Positions 9,409-18,853 are shown, numbered from the stretch's first letter. The stretch is 64,000 bases of DNA from an uncultured bacterium (GCA_963727525.1 CAVSGO010000004.1:1-64000), one strand, 5' to 3'. A program made the numbers and translations. The notes: generated from the letters alone by a model not told the origin.

Positions 9409-10143
9409 ATGGCCGTGGCGCGACAAGCGCTGAAGGTGCTCGCCCAGTTGCGAGACGATGTCTCGCGTCTGCGCTTCGCCGACCCTGTGACGCATGTCTA
9501 CAACCCACTGGAGTATGCCTGGCCCATGGTCGAGGCCTACATCTCGCGCTACGCCGACACGCCGAAGCGGGCCGTTCTGTTGGGTATGAACCCCGGCCCC
9601 TGGGGCATGGCGCAGACCGGCGTGCCATTCGGCGAGGTGGTGGCCGTGCGCGACTGGCTGGGCCTCGACGCGCCGATCGGTCAGCCCGATCACCCCCATC
9701 CGCAGCGGCCGGTGCAGGGACTCGCCTGCGCCCGCTCGGAGGTGAGCGGCCGGCGCCTGTGGAGGCTGTTCGCCGCGCGTTTCACGACCCCCGCGCGTTT
9801 TTTCGCCGACCACCTCGTGCTCAACTATTGCCCCCTCGTCTTCATGGAGGACACGGGCCGCAACCGCACGCCCAACAAGTTGCCCGCCGCCGAGAGCGTT
9901 CCCCTGCACGCGGCATGCGATGCGGCCCTCGCCGCCCTGCTCGCCATCTACGCGCCCCGGTGGGCGATCGGAGTCGGCGCCTACGCCGAAGCCCGGCTGC
10001 GGGCTGTCGTGGGCGAGCGCGACATCGAGGTTGGCCGCATCCTGCATCCCAGTCCGGCGAGCCCGGCGGCTAACCGCGGCTGGGAACCACTGGCCGCCGC
10101 GCAGCTCGAGGCGCTGGGCGTGTGGCGGGCGGATACTCCATGA
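9409..10143 (+). CDS. SMUG1-type (family 3) uracil-DNA glycosylase
   Basis: VYNPLEYA, GMNPGPWGMAQTGVPFG, RSEVSGRRLW, NYCPL, ILHPSPASP. Start may be 9370. Confidence 0.9.
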   Translation: MAVARQALKVLAQLRDDVSRLRFADPVTHVYNPLEYAWPMVEAYISRYADTPKRAVLLGMNPGPWGMAQTGVPFGEVVAVRDWLGLDAPIGQPDHPHPQRPVQGLACARSEVSGRRLWRLFAARFTTPARFFADHLVLNYCPLVFMEDTGRNRTPNKLPAAESVPLHAACDAALAALLAIYAPRWAIGVGAYAEARLRAVVGERDIEVGRILHPSPASPAANRGWEPLAAAQLEALGVWRADTP

Positions 10144-11030
10144 ACCGACGACCCGCGCTGCTGCGTCCTCATTCGCTGCCCGGCTCGACGCTGCGCATCG
10201 TGTTCGACTACGTACTCGTCGTCCTCGGCAGCGCGCTGATCGCAGCGGCGCTCGACGTCTTCCTCCTGCCCAACCAGGTCGTCGCCGGTGGCGTCACCGG
10301 CCTGGCCGCGATCGCCCACCTGGCCCTCGGTCTGCCGTTCGGCCTCGTGCTCATCGGGCTGAATGTGCCTCTCTGTGTCCTGCAGTGGCGATTCCTCGGC
10401 GGACTCAACGCACTCGCGCGCACGATCACCGGCGTGATCAGCGTGGCTCTGTTCGCGGACCTGATGACGACGTGGCTGCCGCCGGTGACTGACGACCGTC
10501 TCCTGATCATCACCTTCGGCGGCGGCCTCTCGGGCCTCGGGCTCGCGCTCGTCTTTCACGGCCGCGGCACCACGGGGGGCGCCGACATCCTGGCCCGCGT
10601 GCTCCACCGGGCATGGGGCTGGCGTTTCGGTCAGACGCTGCTGGGCGTGAACATCCTCGTCTACGGCCTGGCGGCCGTTCTCTTCGGACCGGAGCCGGCG
10701 ATGATCGCGCTTCTTGTATCGTTCGTGATGAGCCGCGCGCTCGACTCGATCCTGCACGGCCTGTCCTCGAGCCGGGCCGTGCTCGTGGTGAGCGCGCAAC
10801 CCGATCGTGTACGCGAGGCCGTCACGCGCACCATGGGCCGCGGCCTGACCATCCTGCCCGCCGAGGGCGGCTACTCGGGGCGGCAGACGTCGATCCTCTA
10901 TGTCGTGGTGCCGCGCGCCGACATCCAGCGCCTCAAGCTGCGTATCTTCGATCAGGACCCCGGAGCCTTCCTCACGATCCTCACGCCCCAGGAGGCCGTG
11001 GGCGGCTTCCAGCCACCCGCCCGGATGTGA
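10140..11030 (+). CDS. YitT family membrane protein
   Basis: GGVTGLA, GTTGGADILA, C-terminal GRGLTILPAEGGYSG...DPGAF; ATGA overlap with UDG stop. Confidence 0.88.
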   Translation: MNRRPALLRPHSLPGSTLRIVFDYVLVVLGSALIAAALDVFLLPNQVVAGGVTGLAAIAHLALGLPFGLVLIGLNVPLCVLQWRFLGGLNALARTITGVISVALFADLMTTWLPPVTDDRLLIITFGGGLSGLGLALVFHGRGTTGGADILARVLHRAWGWRFGQTLLGVNILVYGLAAVLFGPEPAMIALLVSFVMSRALDSILHGLSSSRAVLVVSAQPDRVREAVTRTMGRGLTILPAEGGYSGRQTSILYVVVPRADIQRLKLRIFDQDPGAFLTILTPQEAVGGFQPPARM

Positions 11031-11098
11031 CGCGCCGCCGCTCGTTGCCTTCCCCTCTGCGATCGCCCATCTTTGCCCCTCAACCATGGGGAGGCGCC

Positions 11099-12430
11099 AT
11101 GCCACGAATCGCGCGCACCGTCATCGGGATCCTCGGCCGCATCAACGCGGGCAAGTCGACGTGCATGAATCTGCTGACGCAGCAGGAAACGTCGCTCGTG
11201 GACCCGCAACCCGGCACGACGGCCGACGTCAAGAGTGCCGTCCTGGAGATCCACGCCCTTGGACCGGTGGAACTGCTCGACACGGCGGGCCTCGACGAGG
11301 CGTCGCAACTCGGCGCGCAGAAGCGGCGCAAGACGCTGGCGACACTCGAGGAAGTGGACCTCGCCGTGCTGGTGATCGATCCCGTGCAGGCGCTGCTCTC
11401 CGGGCAACTCGCCGTGGAGGATGCGGTGGCCACGCTGGCGCGCCGGCACGGGCGGCGCCTCTGCGTGGTGCTGAATCGCCATGCGGATGCGGCGGCTCGC
11501 CTGGCCGACGCGGGCAGTGACCTCGACCAGGCCCGGCGCTATTGCCTATCGGTGCTGGCCGACCGCGCCGAGGTGCCCGTGCTCGACTTCGACCTCACCG
11601 ACCATGACCGCAGCGGCGACCTGATGGCTTTTCTCGCGGCGGCAGCCGGAGGCGCCGCCGCGTCGGCGCCGCTCCTGCCCATGGTGCATCGTCACGGCGC
11701 TGTGCTGTTGCACATCCCGATGGACGAGGAGACGCCCAGTGGCCGCCTGCTGCGTCCCCAGGAGATGGCCATGGAGTCTCTCCTGCGTGTCGGCGTGCCC
11801 GTGGGGCTGGTGCGTGTCGATCTGGGCCTGGCGCGCTGCGGCGTACCCGCCGTGGTGGCGCAGCAGAAGCAGGCGTTCCTGCGAACGCTCCACGCCTTGC
11901 ATGCCAGCGACGGCGTGCAGCTCGTGATCACCGACTCGCAGGCCATCGACATCATGGATCGCTGGGTGCCACGGGAGATCCCTCTCACGACCTTCTCGAT
12001 CATGATGATCAACCAGACGGCGTGCGGTGACATGCGCGTGTTCGTGGAGGGCGCTGCGGCACTGGACACCCTGAAAGCGGGCGACCGCGTGCTCATCGCC
12101 GAGGCATGCAATCACGACCGCATCGCCGAGGATATCGGCACCGTGCAGCTTCCGGCCAAGTTGCAACGCGCGGTGCCAGGCCTGGTGGTGTCGCATGCAT
12201 TCGGACGCGAGTTCCCCGATCCGGACGCGCTGGGCCAGTTTGCGCTGGCGATCCACTGCGGCGGTTGCATGATCCGTCCGCAGAAGCTGGCGGCTCGCGT
12301 CGACCGACTCGGCGAGGCCGGCATCCCCGTGACGAACTATGGCCTCGCCCTCGCCTGGTACGAGGGCAAGGCCACGCTGGGGCGGGTGCTGGAACCCTGG
12401 ATGGTCGCGTCGCGAACCAGGACGCCATGA
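11099..12430 (+). CDS. hydF: [FeFe]-hydrogenase H-cluster maturation GTPase HydF
   Basis: P-loop GRINAGKS, GTTAD, DTAG, TDSQA, TTFSI; Fe-S motif EACNH...IHCGGCM; TNYG; GGAGG RBS. Confidence 0.88.
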   Translation: MPRIARTVIGILGRINAGKSTCMNLLTQQETSLVDPQPGTTADVKSAVLEIHALGPVELLDTAGLDEASQLGAQKRRKTLATLEEVDLAVLVIDPVQALLSGQLAVEDAVATLARRHGRRLCVVLNRHADAAARLADAGSDLDQARRYCLSVLADRAEVPVLDFDLTDHDRSGDLMAFLAAAAGGAAASAPLLPMVHRHGAVLLHIPMDEETPSGRLLRPQEMAMESLLRVGVPVGLVRVDLGLARCGVPAVVAQQKQAFLRTLHALHASDGVQLVITDSQAIDIMDRWVPREIPLTTFSIMMINQTACGDMRVFVEGAAALDTLKAGDRVLIAEACNHDRIAEDIGTVQLPAKLQRAVPGLVVSHAFGREFPDPDALGQFALAIHCGGCMIRPQKLAARVDRLGEAGIPVTNYGLALAWYEGKATLGRVLEPWMVASRTRTP

Positions 12431-12487
12431 CCTACGGCGAGGCGAGTGGTGCATTGTTCTCCGATTACACCACGGAGGCTGGAACGC

Positions 12488-13054
12488 TTGCACGACAACG
12501 AGTTCTTTCCCGGGCTGAGCCGTCGTCGCTTCCTCGATGTCGGCGGCAAGCTCGTCCTGCTCGGGCTGCTGCCCGTGCCGGCCCTGGCCGACCCTGTCCC
12601 GCCGGCGGCAGTGACGTCCCGGCTCGCGCTGCTGAACACGCACACGGGCGAGCGGCTTTCCTGCGCCTACCGGGAGAACGGCTCGCTCATCCCCGACGCC
12701 ATGGCGGCGATCGATCATTTCCTGCGCGACGTCCGCACGGGCGAGGTCAGGCCCATCGACCCGCGCGTCCTCGACGTGATCGAGGAGATGTCGCGGACGG
12801 CGGCGGCGGGAATGCCGGTGCATATCGTGTCGGGGTATCGTTCGGCGGCCACCAACGCGATGCTTCGCCAGCACCGTGACGGCGTGGCGCGCCGCAGTTA
12901 CCACATCAAGGGCAAGGCCGTCGACTTCCGGATTCCTGGCGTCTCGACGGCCGCCCTGCACGCGCTGGCGTTACGGTTGAGGGCTGGCGGTGTGGGCTAT
13001 TACCCCAGCTCCGACTTCGTGCACGTCGACACCGGCCCCGTGCGCAGCTGGTGA
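12488..13054 (+). CDS. YcbK/DUF882 (peptidase M15) protein with Tat signal
   Basis: SRRRFL Tat motif; NTHTGE, HFLRD, IVSGYRS..TN, SYH..GKAVD, GGVGYYP..FVHVDTG. TTG start after GGAGG. Confidence 0.88.
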   Translation: MHDNEFFPGLSRRRFLDVGGKLVLLGLLPVPALADPVPPAAVTSRLALLNTHTGERLSCAYRENGSLIPDAMAAIDHFLRDVRTGEVRPIDPRVLDVIEEMSRTAAAGMPVHIVSGYRSAATNAMLRQHRDGVARRSYHIKGKAVDFRIPGVSTAALHALALRLRAGGVGYYPSSDFVHVDTGPVRSW

Positions 13055-14641
13055 TGGCGCGTCCGCAGCGGCATAGGCGTCCCACGAAGCGACACTCGTG
13101 TCGTATCCGTAGATGTCGTCGCGGAAGCATGGCTCACCCGTCGCGTCGGGCCAGGCCGTCAGGTAGACGAGGTGCACGTTCACCGGACGCGCCAGTCCGA
13201 GCGTGATCGACTCGCCGCTGTCGAGCGCGTCGGTGAAGCGCCGGTACTGGGCGCCGAGCAGCGTCCGGGCCAGGTCGAGCGGTTCCTCCACCCGCACACA
13301 GCCGGACGAGTAGAAACGCTCGCGTAGCGCGAATTTCTCGCGGTGTGGCGTGTCGTGGATATATACCGCGAACGCATTCGCGAACATGAACTTCACGCGA
13401 CCGAGGGCGTTCTCCGGGCCGGGCGCCTGCTGGAGCTTGTAGGGCAGGTCTTCGGCTTCCAGGTGCGCCCAGTCGATCGCGGACGGATCGATCTGCGGCG
13501 CGTCGGGGCGCCAGTCGGCAAAGACGCGGATGGCGTGGGCTCGCAGGTACCCGGGGTCGCGCCTCACGCGGGGCAGCAGGTCCTCGCGTGCGAGCTTCTG
13601 CGGGATATTCCAGCACGGATTCACGTCGACCGAGGTGATCCGACTCGACAGCGCCGGGGTGGGGCGCTCGGGTTTGCCCACCACGGTGCGCATCTGCAGC
13701 ACAACCGAGTCGCCCTCGACCACGCTCAACCGGTTGGCCAGCACATCGACGCGCACGTAACGCGCGCCCAGATCGCGTGGCAGACAGCGCAGCCGCTCGA
13801 GGCTGAACTCCAGCTGGTGGCGCCGGACGGATACGGGCGTGTTGAGCGCGGCGAGCGTCTGCCGGCCGACGATGCCGTCGGCCGCGAGTCCGAGGCGGAC
13901 CTGCGCGCGGCACACCGCGTCGGCCATCGCGTCGTCGTAGACCTCGGACATGTCGGCGCCGGCGTCGAGCCTCTTGCGAAGGAGCGGCACGCGCTGATCG
14001 CACGCACCCGGGTGCAGCGTCGGTCCGGCGGGCACGAGCGGCCACCCGCCCGACGCTTCCACCGCGCGCAGGCGACGCAAAGCGCCGCGCAGCGCGGCGT
14101 ACTCGGCACTCGCCGGCGCGGCAGCCTCGAGGTGCGCGGCGGGAGTGTCAGTGGCGGTTGCCGCCCGGACGACGAACGCCGCCACATCGCAGCGAGCCGC
14201 GTTACTGGCTGTCGCCGTTGGCGGCATGGGCATGTGTTGGCGCTGCCCCGCGAGGTCCGTTACGTAGGCGACGGCCGTGTCGGTGAGCCACGCGTCGAGG
14301 ATAGCCTGGTCGGTCACCGGCCGTGACGGCCAGTCGTCGGACAGCAGCCGCAGGTGGTCAATGGCGTAGCGCCCGGGATCGAGTCCGTGGGATGACGCAT
14401 CGGCGAAGAGGGCGATCAGGGCCGCGATCGTTGCGGCAGCATCCTCGCGGCCGATCCAGAGCGGATCGTCGCCACGGACGCGGTAGATGCTGGCGAGGAC
14501 GTCGGGATACGTCGCGGCGCCCTGGATCCGCTCGGTCACCGCGATGGACACCGCGAGCTTCCGGGCGAGATGATCGGTAAGCGGCCCGTGCAGGGGCAGG
14601 ATGGTGGCCATGAGGACCACCAGACTCGTGGTGATGCACAT
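12971..14641 (-). CDS. L,D-transpeptidase, YcbB/LdtD family with peptidoglycan-binding domain
   Basis: GLAADGIVG..T PG-binding; VVGKPERPTP, NP.WNIP, QAPGPENALG.VKFMF.N, IHDTP, SSGCVRV catalytic Cys. Confidence 0.88.
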   Translation of the reverse strand: MCITTSLVVLMATILPLHGPLTDHLARKLAVSIAVTERIQGAATYPDVLASIYRVRGDDPLWIGREDAAATIAALIALFADASSHGLDPGRYAIDHLRLLSDDWPSRPVTDQAILDAWLTDTAVAYVTDLAGQRQHMPMPPTATASNAARCDVAAFVVRAATATDTPAAHLEAAAPASAEYAALRGALRRLRAVEASGGWPLVPAGPTLHPGACDQRVPLLRKRLDAGADMSEVYDDAMADAVCRAQVRLGLAADGIVGRQTLAALNTPVSVRRHQLEFSLERLRCLPRDLGARYVRVDVLANRLSVVEGDSVVLQMRTVVGKPERPTPALSSRITSVDVNPCWNIPQKLAREDLLPRVRRDPGYLRAHAIRVFADWRPDAPQIDPSAIDWAHLEAEDLPYKLQQAPGPENALGRVKFMFANAFAVYIHDTPHREKFALRERFYSSGCVRVEEPLDLARTLLGAQYRRFTDALDSGESITLGLARPVNVHLVYLTAWPDATGEPCFRDDIYGYDTSVASWDAYAAADAPSPAAHGAGVDVHEVGAGVIAHTASPQP

Positions 14642-14809
14642 TCGCGATACCTGTATCTGATGGTTGTCAACGCTGTCGCCTGGGCGCGAACCGGCGCCGA
14701 TCGGCGTTGCGATGTGCCAGGTACGGGGAAGATTTTACACCAGAATGCCCGGCAAGATCAATTTAATAATGCAAAAAACAATTTTATCAATCAATTTGTC
14801 CACGGGATC

Positions 14810-16387
14810 TCAGCGGACGATCACGATACGGGCGACCGCCTGATCCGGGCCGCTGCGAGCCTGCACGAGGTACACGCCGCTGGCGAGGGCCGTCGGGAGC
14901 TGGAGGGCGTGCCGCCGCCCGGCCGCCAGGCCGTGCCCGAGATCGGCGACGCGGAGGCCCCGCAGATCGAACACTGCGACGGATGCGGCCGGGCGCCCTG
15001 CCGGCAGGGACAGCGCCACCGTGTGCGACCCATCGATGGTATCGCCGACGCGCAACCACGAACCGGGGGCCGCGGTGTCGCCGACGCCGGTGGCGTCGGG
15101 CTGGAGTGCGAAATCGACGATGGCCCAGCTCGCATCCGCCACCGAGACCGCGACCGAATCGTCCGTGTAGCCGGCGCAGTGGGCCGTCACGGTATAGGCG
15201 TCGGCCGCCGTGATGCGCTGATACTCGCCGAATCGCGCGTCGGTCAGGTGGGGACCGAGGTTGGGATCGTGGAGTTGCGCGATCTCCACCTCCGCCGCCA
15301 GCGGCTGGCCGGTGACGGCGTCGCTCACCGTGCCCTTGATGCCCGGGCCCGCGATCACGCGATCGAGGAGGGCCACGCTGCCGCGCGCCACGCGGGTCGC
15401 GATGGTGTCGACCACGGCGTCCGCCCACCAGCAGTGGTCCGCGATCTCCATGATGTAGCAGAGCGTGCCGGCGCGTCCGTACAGCCAGTTCTGCTCCTTG
15501 GGCAGGGTGTCGTAGCCGAAGATGGTGTTGTAGGGATTGTTGTCCTCGTTGCGCGTCTGGGCCGCCCAGTTCTCGGCGACCGACCGGGCGACGTAGTAGT
15601 CGGGCGCGATGCTGCCGCCATGCGTGCTGACCCACGGATAGAAGATGTAGCTGTGCCAGCTGATGGTCACTGGCGAGTGGTAGTCGACCACCACGAGTGG
15701 CCGTTCCGTGAGCACGAAGTCGCGCAGCGCCACGATCTCGGACTCCGACCACGGCGACGGGCCGCGATATTTCTGCGAGGCTGGATCGGTACCGTCGTAC
15801 TCGTTCCAGTACCAGTCCCAGTTGCGGTCGAGGTCGACACCGTCCTGGGGAAAGTCGACCATGCCATTCTGATTGTTGTCGCGCAGGGTCTTGCGCCAGT
15901 CGGCCCAACTCGGCTCACCACTGAAGACATAGCGGTGGCCGTCGGGATTGAACACCGGCACGAACCACAGCTCGAGGCTGTCCACGCGCGCGGTGACGGC
16001 GGGGTCGTTGCCGTAGCCTTCCAGCAACGTTGCCATCTGACGCATGATCGCGCCTGTACCGTTGCACTCGTTCGCGTGCTGGGCCGCGTGGAAGAGGATG
16101 CCTGGCTCGTCGGGTTCGCTGATGTCGGCGTGGTCGCTGATGCGCGCCATCAGGATGGGTTCGCGCTGTCCGCTGAGACCCAGCGTCGTCTGCTGGAAGA
16201 TCGCCGGGTACTGCGTCTGCCACGCATCGAACTGCGCGGCGATGTCGTCGAGTCGCCAGTAGCGCGGATCGGGTTGCTGGGCCTGGGATACCGCGGCCAG
16301 CGCCACGGCGAGGAGCGCAAACACGAGAGACCGTGACACGGAAAGCTCCGGAACGTTCGGGTGACGGAAATCGAAGTCCGTCTTCAT
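14810..16387 (-). CDS. Secreted M14 zinc carboxypeptidase with regulatory-like domain and degenerate FlgD/CTD tail
   Basis: HANE, NPDG, WRK, GVDLDRN, DYHS, ME motifs; tail GVYLVQ...RIVIVR. Start may be GTG 16339. Confidence 0.85.
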   Translation of the reverse strand: MKTDFDFRHPNVPELSVSRSLVFALLAVALAAVSQAQQPDPRYWRLDDIAAQFDAWQTQYPAIFQQTTLGLSGQREPILMARISDHADISEPDEPGILFHAAQHANECNGTGAIMRQMATLLEGYGNDPAVTARVDSLELWFVPVFNPDGHRYVFSGEPSWADWRKTLRDNNQNGMVDFPQDGVDLDRNWDWYWNEYDGTDPASQKYRGPSPWSESEIVALRDFVLTERPLVVVDYHSPVTISWHSYIFYPWVSTHGGSIAPDYYVARSVAENWAAQTRNEDNNPYNTIFGYDTLPKEQNWLYGRAGTLCYIMEIADHCWWADAVVDTIATRVARGSVALLDRVIAGPGIKGTVSDAVTGQPLAAEVEIAQLHDPNLGPHLTDARFGEYQRITAADAYTVTAHCAGYTDDSVAVSVADASWAIVDFALQPDATGVGDTAAPGSWLRVGDTIDGSHTVALSLPAGRPAASVAVFDLRGLRVADLGHGLAAGRRHALQLPTALASGVYLVQARSGPDQAVARIVIVR

Positions 16388-16538
16388 TCTACCACGGCGG
16401 CTGCGCTTCCGACAGCGCCTCCCGCTGAGACACCCTGGTCATCGGCCTTGCCTGCCGCCGTCGCCGACGGCGACGCCGCTCGTCATCGCACCGGCGCGAT
16501 CGAGGACGGCGCCGCCAGCCAACGTCGGCGATCCAGAT

Positions 16539-16808
16539 CTAGAAACAGGCTGCGAACATCGCGAGGTCGAGCAGGTTGATGATGCCATCGCCGTTGAGAT
16601 CGGCAAGCGGGTTGTAGACGCCGCTGGTGTAGGCGCCGGCGAACAGGGCCACATCGGACAGGTTGACGAGACCGTCGCCGTTGAGGTCGCAGTACGGCGG
16701 CGGGACAGGGGTTTGCGGTTGCGGAGCGGGCGATGCGGCAACGGTCGCGCCGATGCCGATCAGCAGGACGATTCCCAGACACGAGACGGGGATACGCTTC
16801 TTGATCAT
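16539..16808 (-). CDS. 89-aa secreted dockerin-only protein
   Basis: AGGAGG RBS, signal peptide, Pro-rich linker, duplicated DLNGDGLVNLSD / DLNGDGIINLLD Ca-binding loops with helices. Confidence 0.8.
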   Translation of the reverse strand: MIKKRIPVSCLGIVLLIGIGATVAASPAPQPQTPVPPPYCDLNGDGLVNLSDVALFAGAYTSGVYNPLADLNGDGIINLLDLAMFAACF

Positions 16809-16863
16809 GGCGAGACCCTCCTGTGATGTTGGTGGGTTATTTAATGGATAGGGATCCACTCCG

Positions 16864-16892
16864 ATTTTGACAAGGGTCGTCCCTGGTGTCAA
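16864..16892 (-). promoter_or_regulatory. Sigma70-type promoter embedded in a TTGACA-N14-TGTCAA palindrome
   Basis: Minus strand TTGACA-17bp-CAAAAT with TG extension; the same segment is an inverted repeat. Confidence 0.55.
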
Positions 16893-17144
16893 GCTGGCCA
16901 GAGCGGCGACGCGCATTTCCCGGCGTGGCAGATAGGGTCGAGGTGATCGACCTCGCGTTGCACCATCTCGGCCCGGATACGGCTGCTCCGTTGCCTTTCA
17001 CCTGGTTGACAGAGAGCTATCGGGACGTGGTGCCTTGGATGGTTGTTGCGGGCTCCTGCCGCCAGACCTGCCGGTTGCATCCGGACAGCTATATTGGGCG
17101 CGTCCCGAACCACGGTCCTCGGAAGCATGGGAGCGAGCGACAGC

Positions 17145-17537
17145 ATGGACCCGTCTCGCAATGTTCTCGGTGGCAAGCTCGAACCCTGCTGTCTCGACCC
17201 GGTGACTGGGTTCTATCGCACGGGCCGCTGTCAGACGGGCGACGACGATATCGGATCCCACACGGTATGCGTGCGAGTGACCGAGGAGTTCCTGCTCTTC
17301 TCGCGCCTGCACGGCAACGACCTCTCGACGCCGAACCCCGAATGGGGCTTCCCGGGACTCAAACCGGGCGACCGCTGGTGCCTCTGTGCGCCACGCTGGC
17401 AGGAAGCGCTGAGGGCCGGCTGGGCGCCGCCCGTGGTGCTCGCGGCGACGCACGAGCGCGCGCTCGAGCACGTCTCCTTCGTCGACCTGCTCGAGCACGC
17501 AATCGATCCGGTGAGCAAGGAAGAGGGGCGAGGCTGA
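17145..17537 (+). CDS. DUF2237 family protein
   Basis: NVLGG.LEPC..DP.TGFYR.G.C...D.GSHTVC...GNDLSTP.PE.GFPGLKPGDRWCLCA.RW. Confidence 0.9.
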   Translation: MDPSRNVLGGKLEPCCLDPVTGFYRTGRCQTGDDDIGSHTVCVRVTEEFLLFSRLHGNDLSTPNPEWGFPGLKPGDRWCLCAPRWQEALRAGWAPPVVLAATHERALEHVSFVDLLEHAIDPVSKEEGRG

Positions 17538-17558
17538 CGCCTTGGACCTCGCCGCCGA

Positions 17559-18770
17559 TCAACGTCGGGCCTCCTCCCGCCGCCGGAAATACTCATCCAT
17601 GTCCTTGTCTCCACGTCCGGACAGGTTGACGACCACGAGCGCGTCGCGATCCAGCTCGCCGCGCAGGTGCTCCAGGTGCGCGAGAGCATGGCTGCTCTCG
17701 AACGCTGGTACGATGCCCTCGAGACGGCAGAGGCGTGCGAACGCATCCATCACTTCCTCGTCGGTCACGGATGCGTACGACACACGGCCCGTGTCCTTGA
17801 GGTAGGCGTGCTCGGGGCCGATGCCCGGATAGTCGAGTCCGGCTGCGATGCAGTGGTCGCCGCCGGCGGTGACCTGGCCTTCCGCGAGGCAATACGTGTT
17901 CATGCCGTGGATCACGCGCGGCGCGCCGAGCGTGAGCGTGGCCGCGTGGCGACCCGACGCGAGCCCGCTGCCGGCCGCCTCGACGCCCACCATCGCCACG
18001 TCGTCGTCGAGGAACGGGTGGAACAACCCGATCGCGTTGCTGCCGCCACCGGCGCAGGCGACGAGCAGATCGGGAAAGCGACCGCACTGATCGAGCACCT
18101 GGCGCCGCGCCTCGCGGCCGATGACCGACTGGAATTCGCGCACCATGAGCGGATAGGGATGTGGCCCCACGGCGGAGCCGAGCAAGTAGAACGCCGTGTC
18201 GCCGGCGGCGACCCAAGCGCCGATGGCCTCGTCGACGGCGGCGGTGAGCGTGCGATCGCCGCTCTCGGCGGGCACCACCCGGGCGCCCAGCAGTTCCATG
18301 CGCAGCACGTTGGGCCGCTGCCGGCGCATGTCCTCGGCACCCATGTAAATGTCGCAGTCCAGACCGAGTCGCGCCGCCACCGCGGCCGTGGCGGTGCCAT
18401 GCTGGCCCGCGCCGGTTTCCGCGATGAGCCGCGCCTTGTCCATGCGCCGGGCCAGCAGTGCCTGCCCGAGGCAGTTGTTCAGCTTGTGCGCGCCCAGGTG
18501 ATTGAGATCCTCGCGTTTGAGCAGCACGTTGAAGCCGAGATGCTTGCTCAGACGCTCGGCGTGGTAGAGCGGAGTTGGGCGACCCGAGTAATGGCGTAGC
18601 TCGCCGGCCAACTCGGCGTTGAAGAGCGGGTCGTCGCGAAATCGCTGGAACGCGTCCTCGAGGGCCTGCAGCGGCGCCTCGAGTGGGGGCGGGACGAACC
18701 GTCCGCCATAGGGGCCGAAGAAGCCGGCGGCATCCGGCATCGACTGGGCATTGGGCTGGGGCGTGGCCAT
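17559..18770 (-). CDS. trpB: Tryptophan synthase beta subunit (TrpB1), no adjacent trpA
   Basis: [23 protein letters not shown] (PLP Lys), [41 protein letters not shown]. Confidence 0.95.
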   Translation of the reverse strand: MATPQPNAQSMPDAAGFFGPYGGRFVPPPLEAPLQALEDAFQRFRDDPLFNAELAGELRHYSGRPTPLYHAERLSKHLGFNVLLKREDLNHLGAHKLNNCLGQALLARRMDKARLIAETGAGQHGTATAAVAARLGLDCDIYMGAEDMRRQRPNVLRMELLGARVVPAESGDRTLTAAVDEAIGAWVAAGDTAFYLLGSAVGPHPYPLMVREFQSVIGREARRQVLDQCGRFPDLLVACAGGGSNAIGLFHPFLDDDVAMVGVEAAGSGLASGRHAATLTLGAPRVIHGMNTYCLAEGQVTAGGDHCIAAGLDYPGIGPEHAYLKDTGRVSYASVTDEEVMDAFARLCRLEGIVPAFESSHALAHLEHLRGELDRDALVVVNLSGRGDKDMDEYFRRREEARR

Positions 18771-18795
18771 CTCCGTGTCCTCCTGCTTTTTACAT

Positions 18796-18829
18796 AAAGA
18801 AAACCGCCGGCTTCTTGCGAAGCCGGCGG
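18796..18829 (-). terminator. Attenuator terminator upstream of trpB
   Basis: Minus strand CCGCCGGCTTC-GCAA-GAAGCCGGCGG-TTTTCTTT: perfect 11-bp stem, GNRA loop, U tract. Confidence 0.85.
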
Positions 18830-18853
18830 CGGATCCGTTGAGCTCGTGCGCAG

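Noticed and set aside
8068..10047. 659-aa GT4 and other N-terminally extended ORF-track calls (trpB 618 aa, HydF 605 aa, nucleotidase 839 aa, CheD 543 aa, PPIase 532 aa) as fusion proteins
   Set aside because: The extensions overlap neighbouring real genes; downstream starts fit the family lengths and mostly have an RBS.
9409..10143. SMUG1 as a recent eukaryote-to-bacterium transfer
   Set aside because: Family-3 UDGs are already known in bacteria, and composition matches the surroundings.
14704..14720. Sigma54-like site upstream of the L,D-transpeptidase (TGGCACATCGCAACGC, minus strand)
   Set aside because: GG-to-GC spacing is off by one and there is no TTGC.
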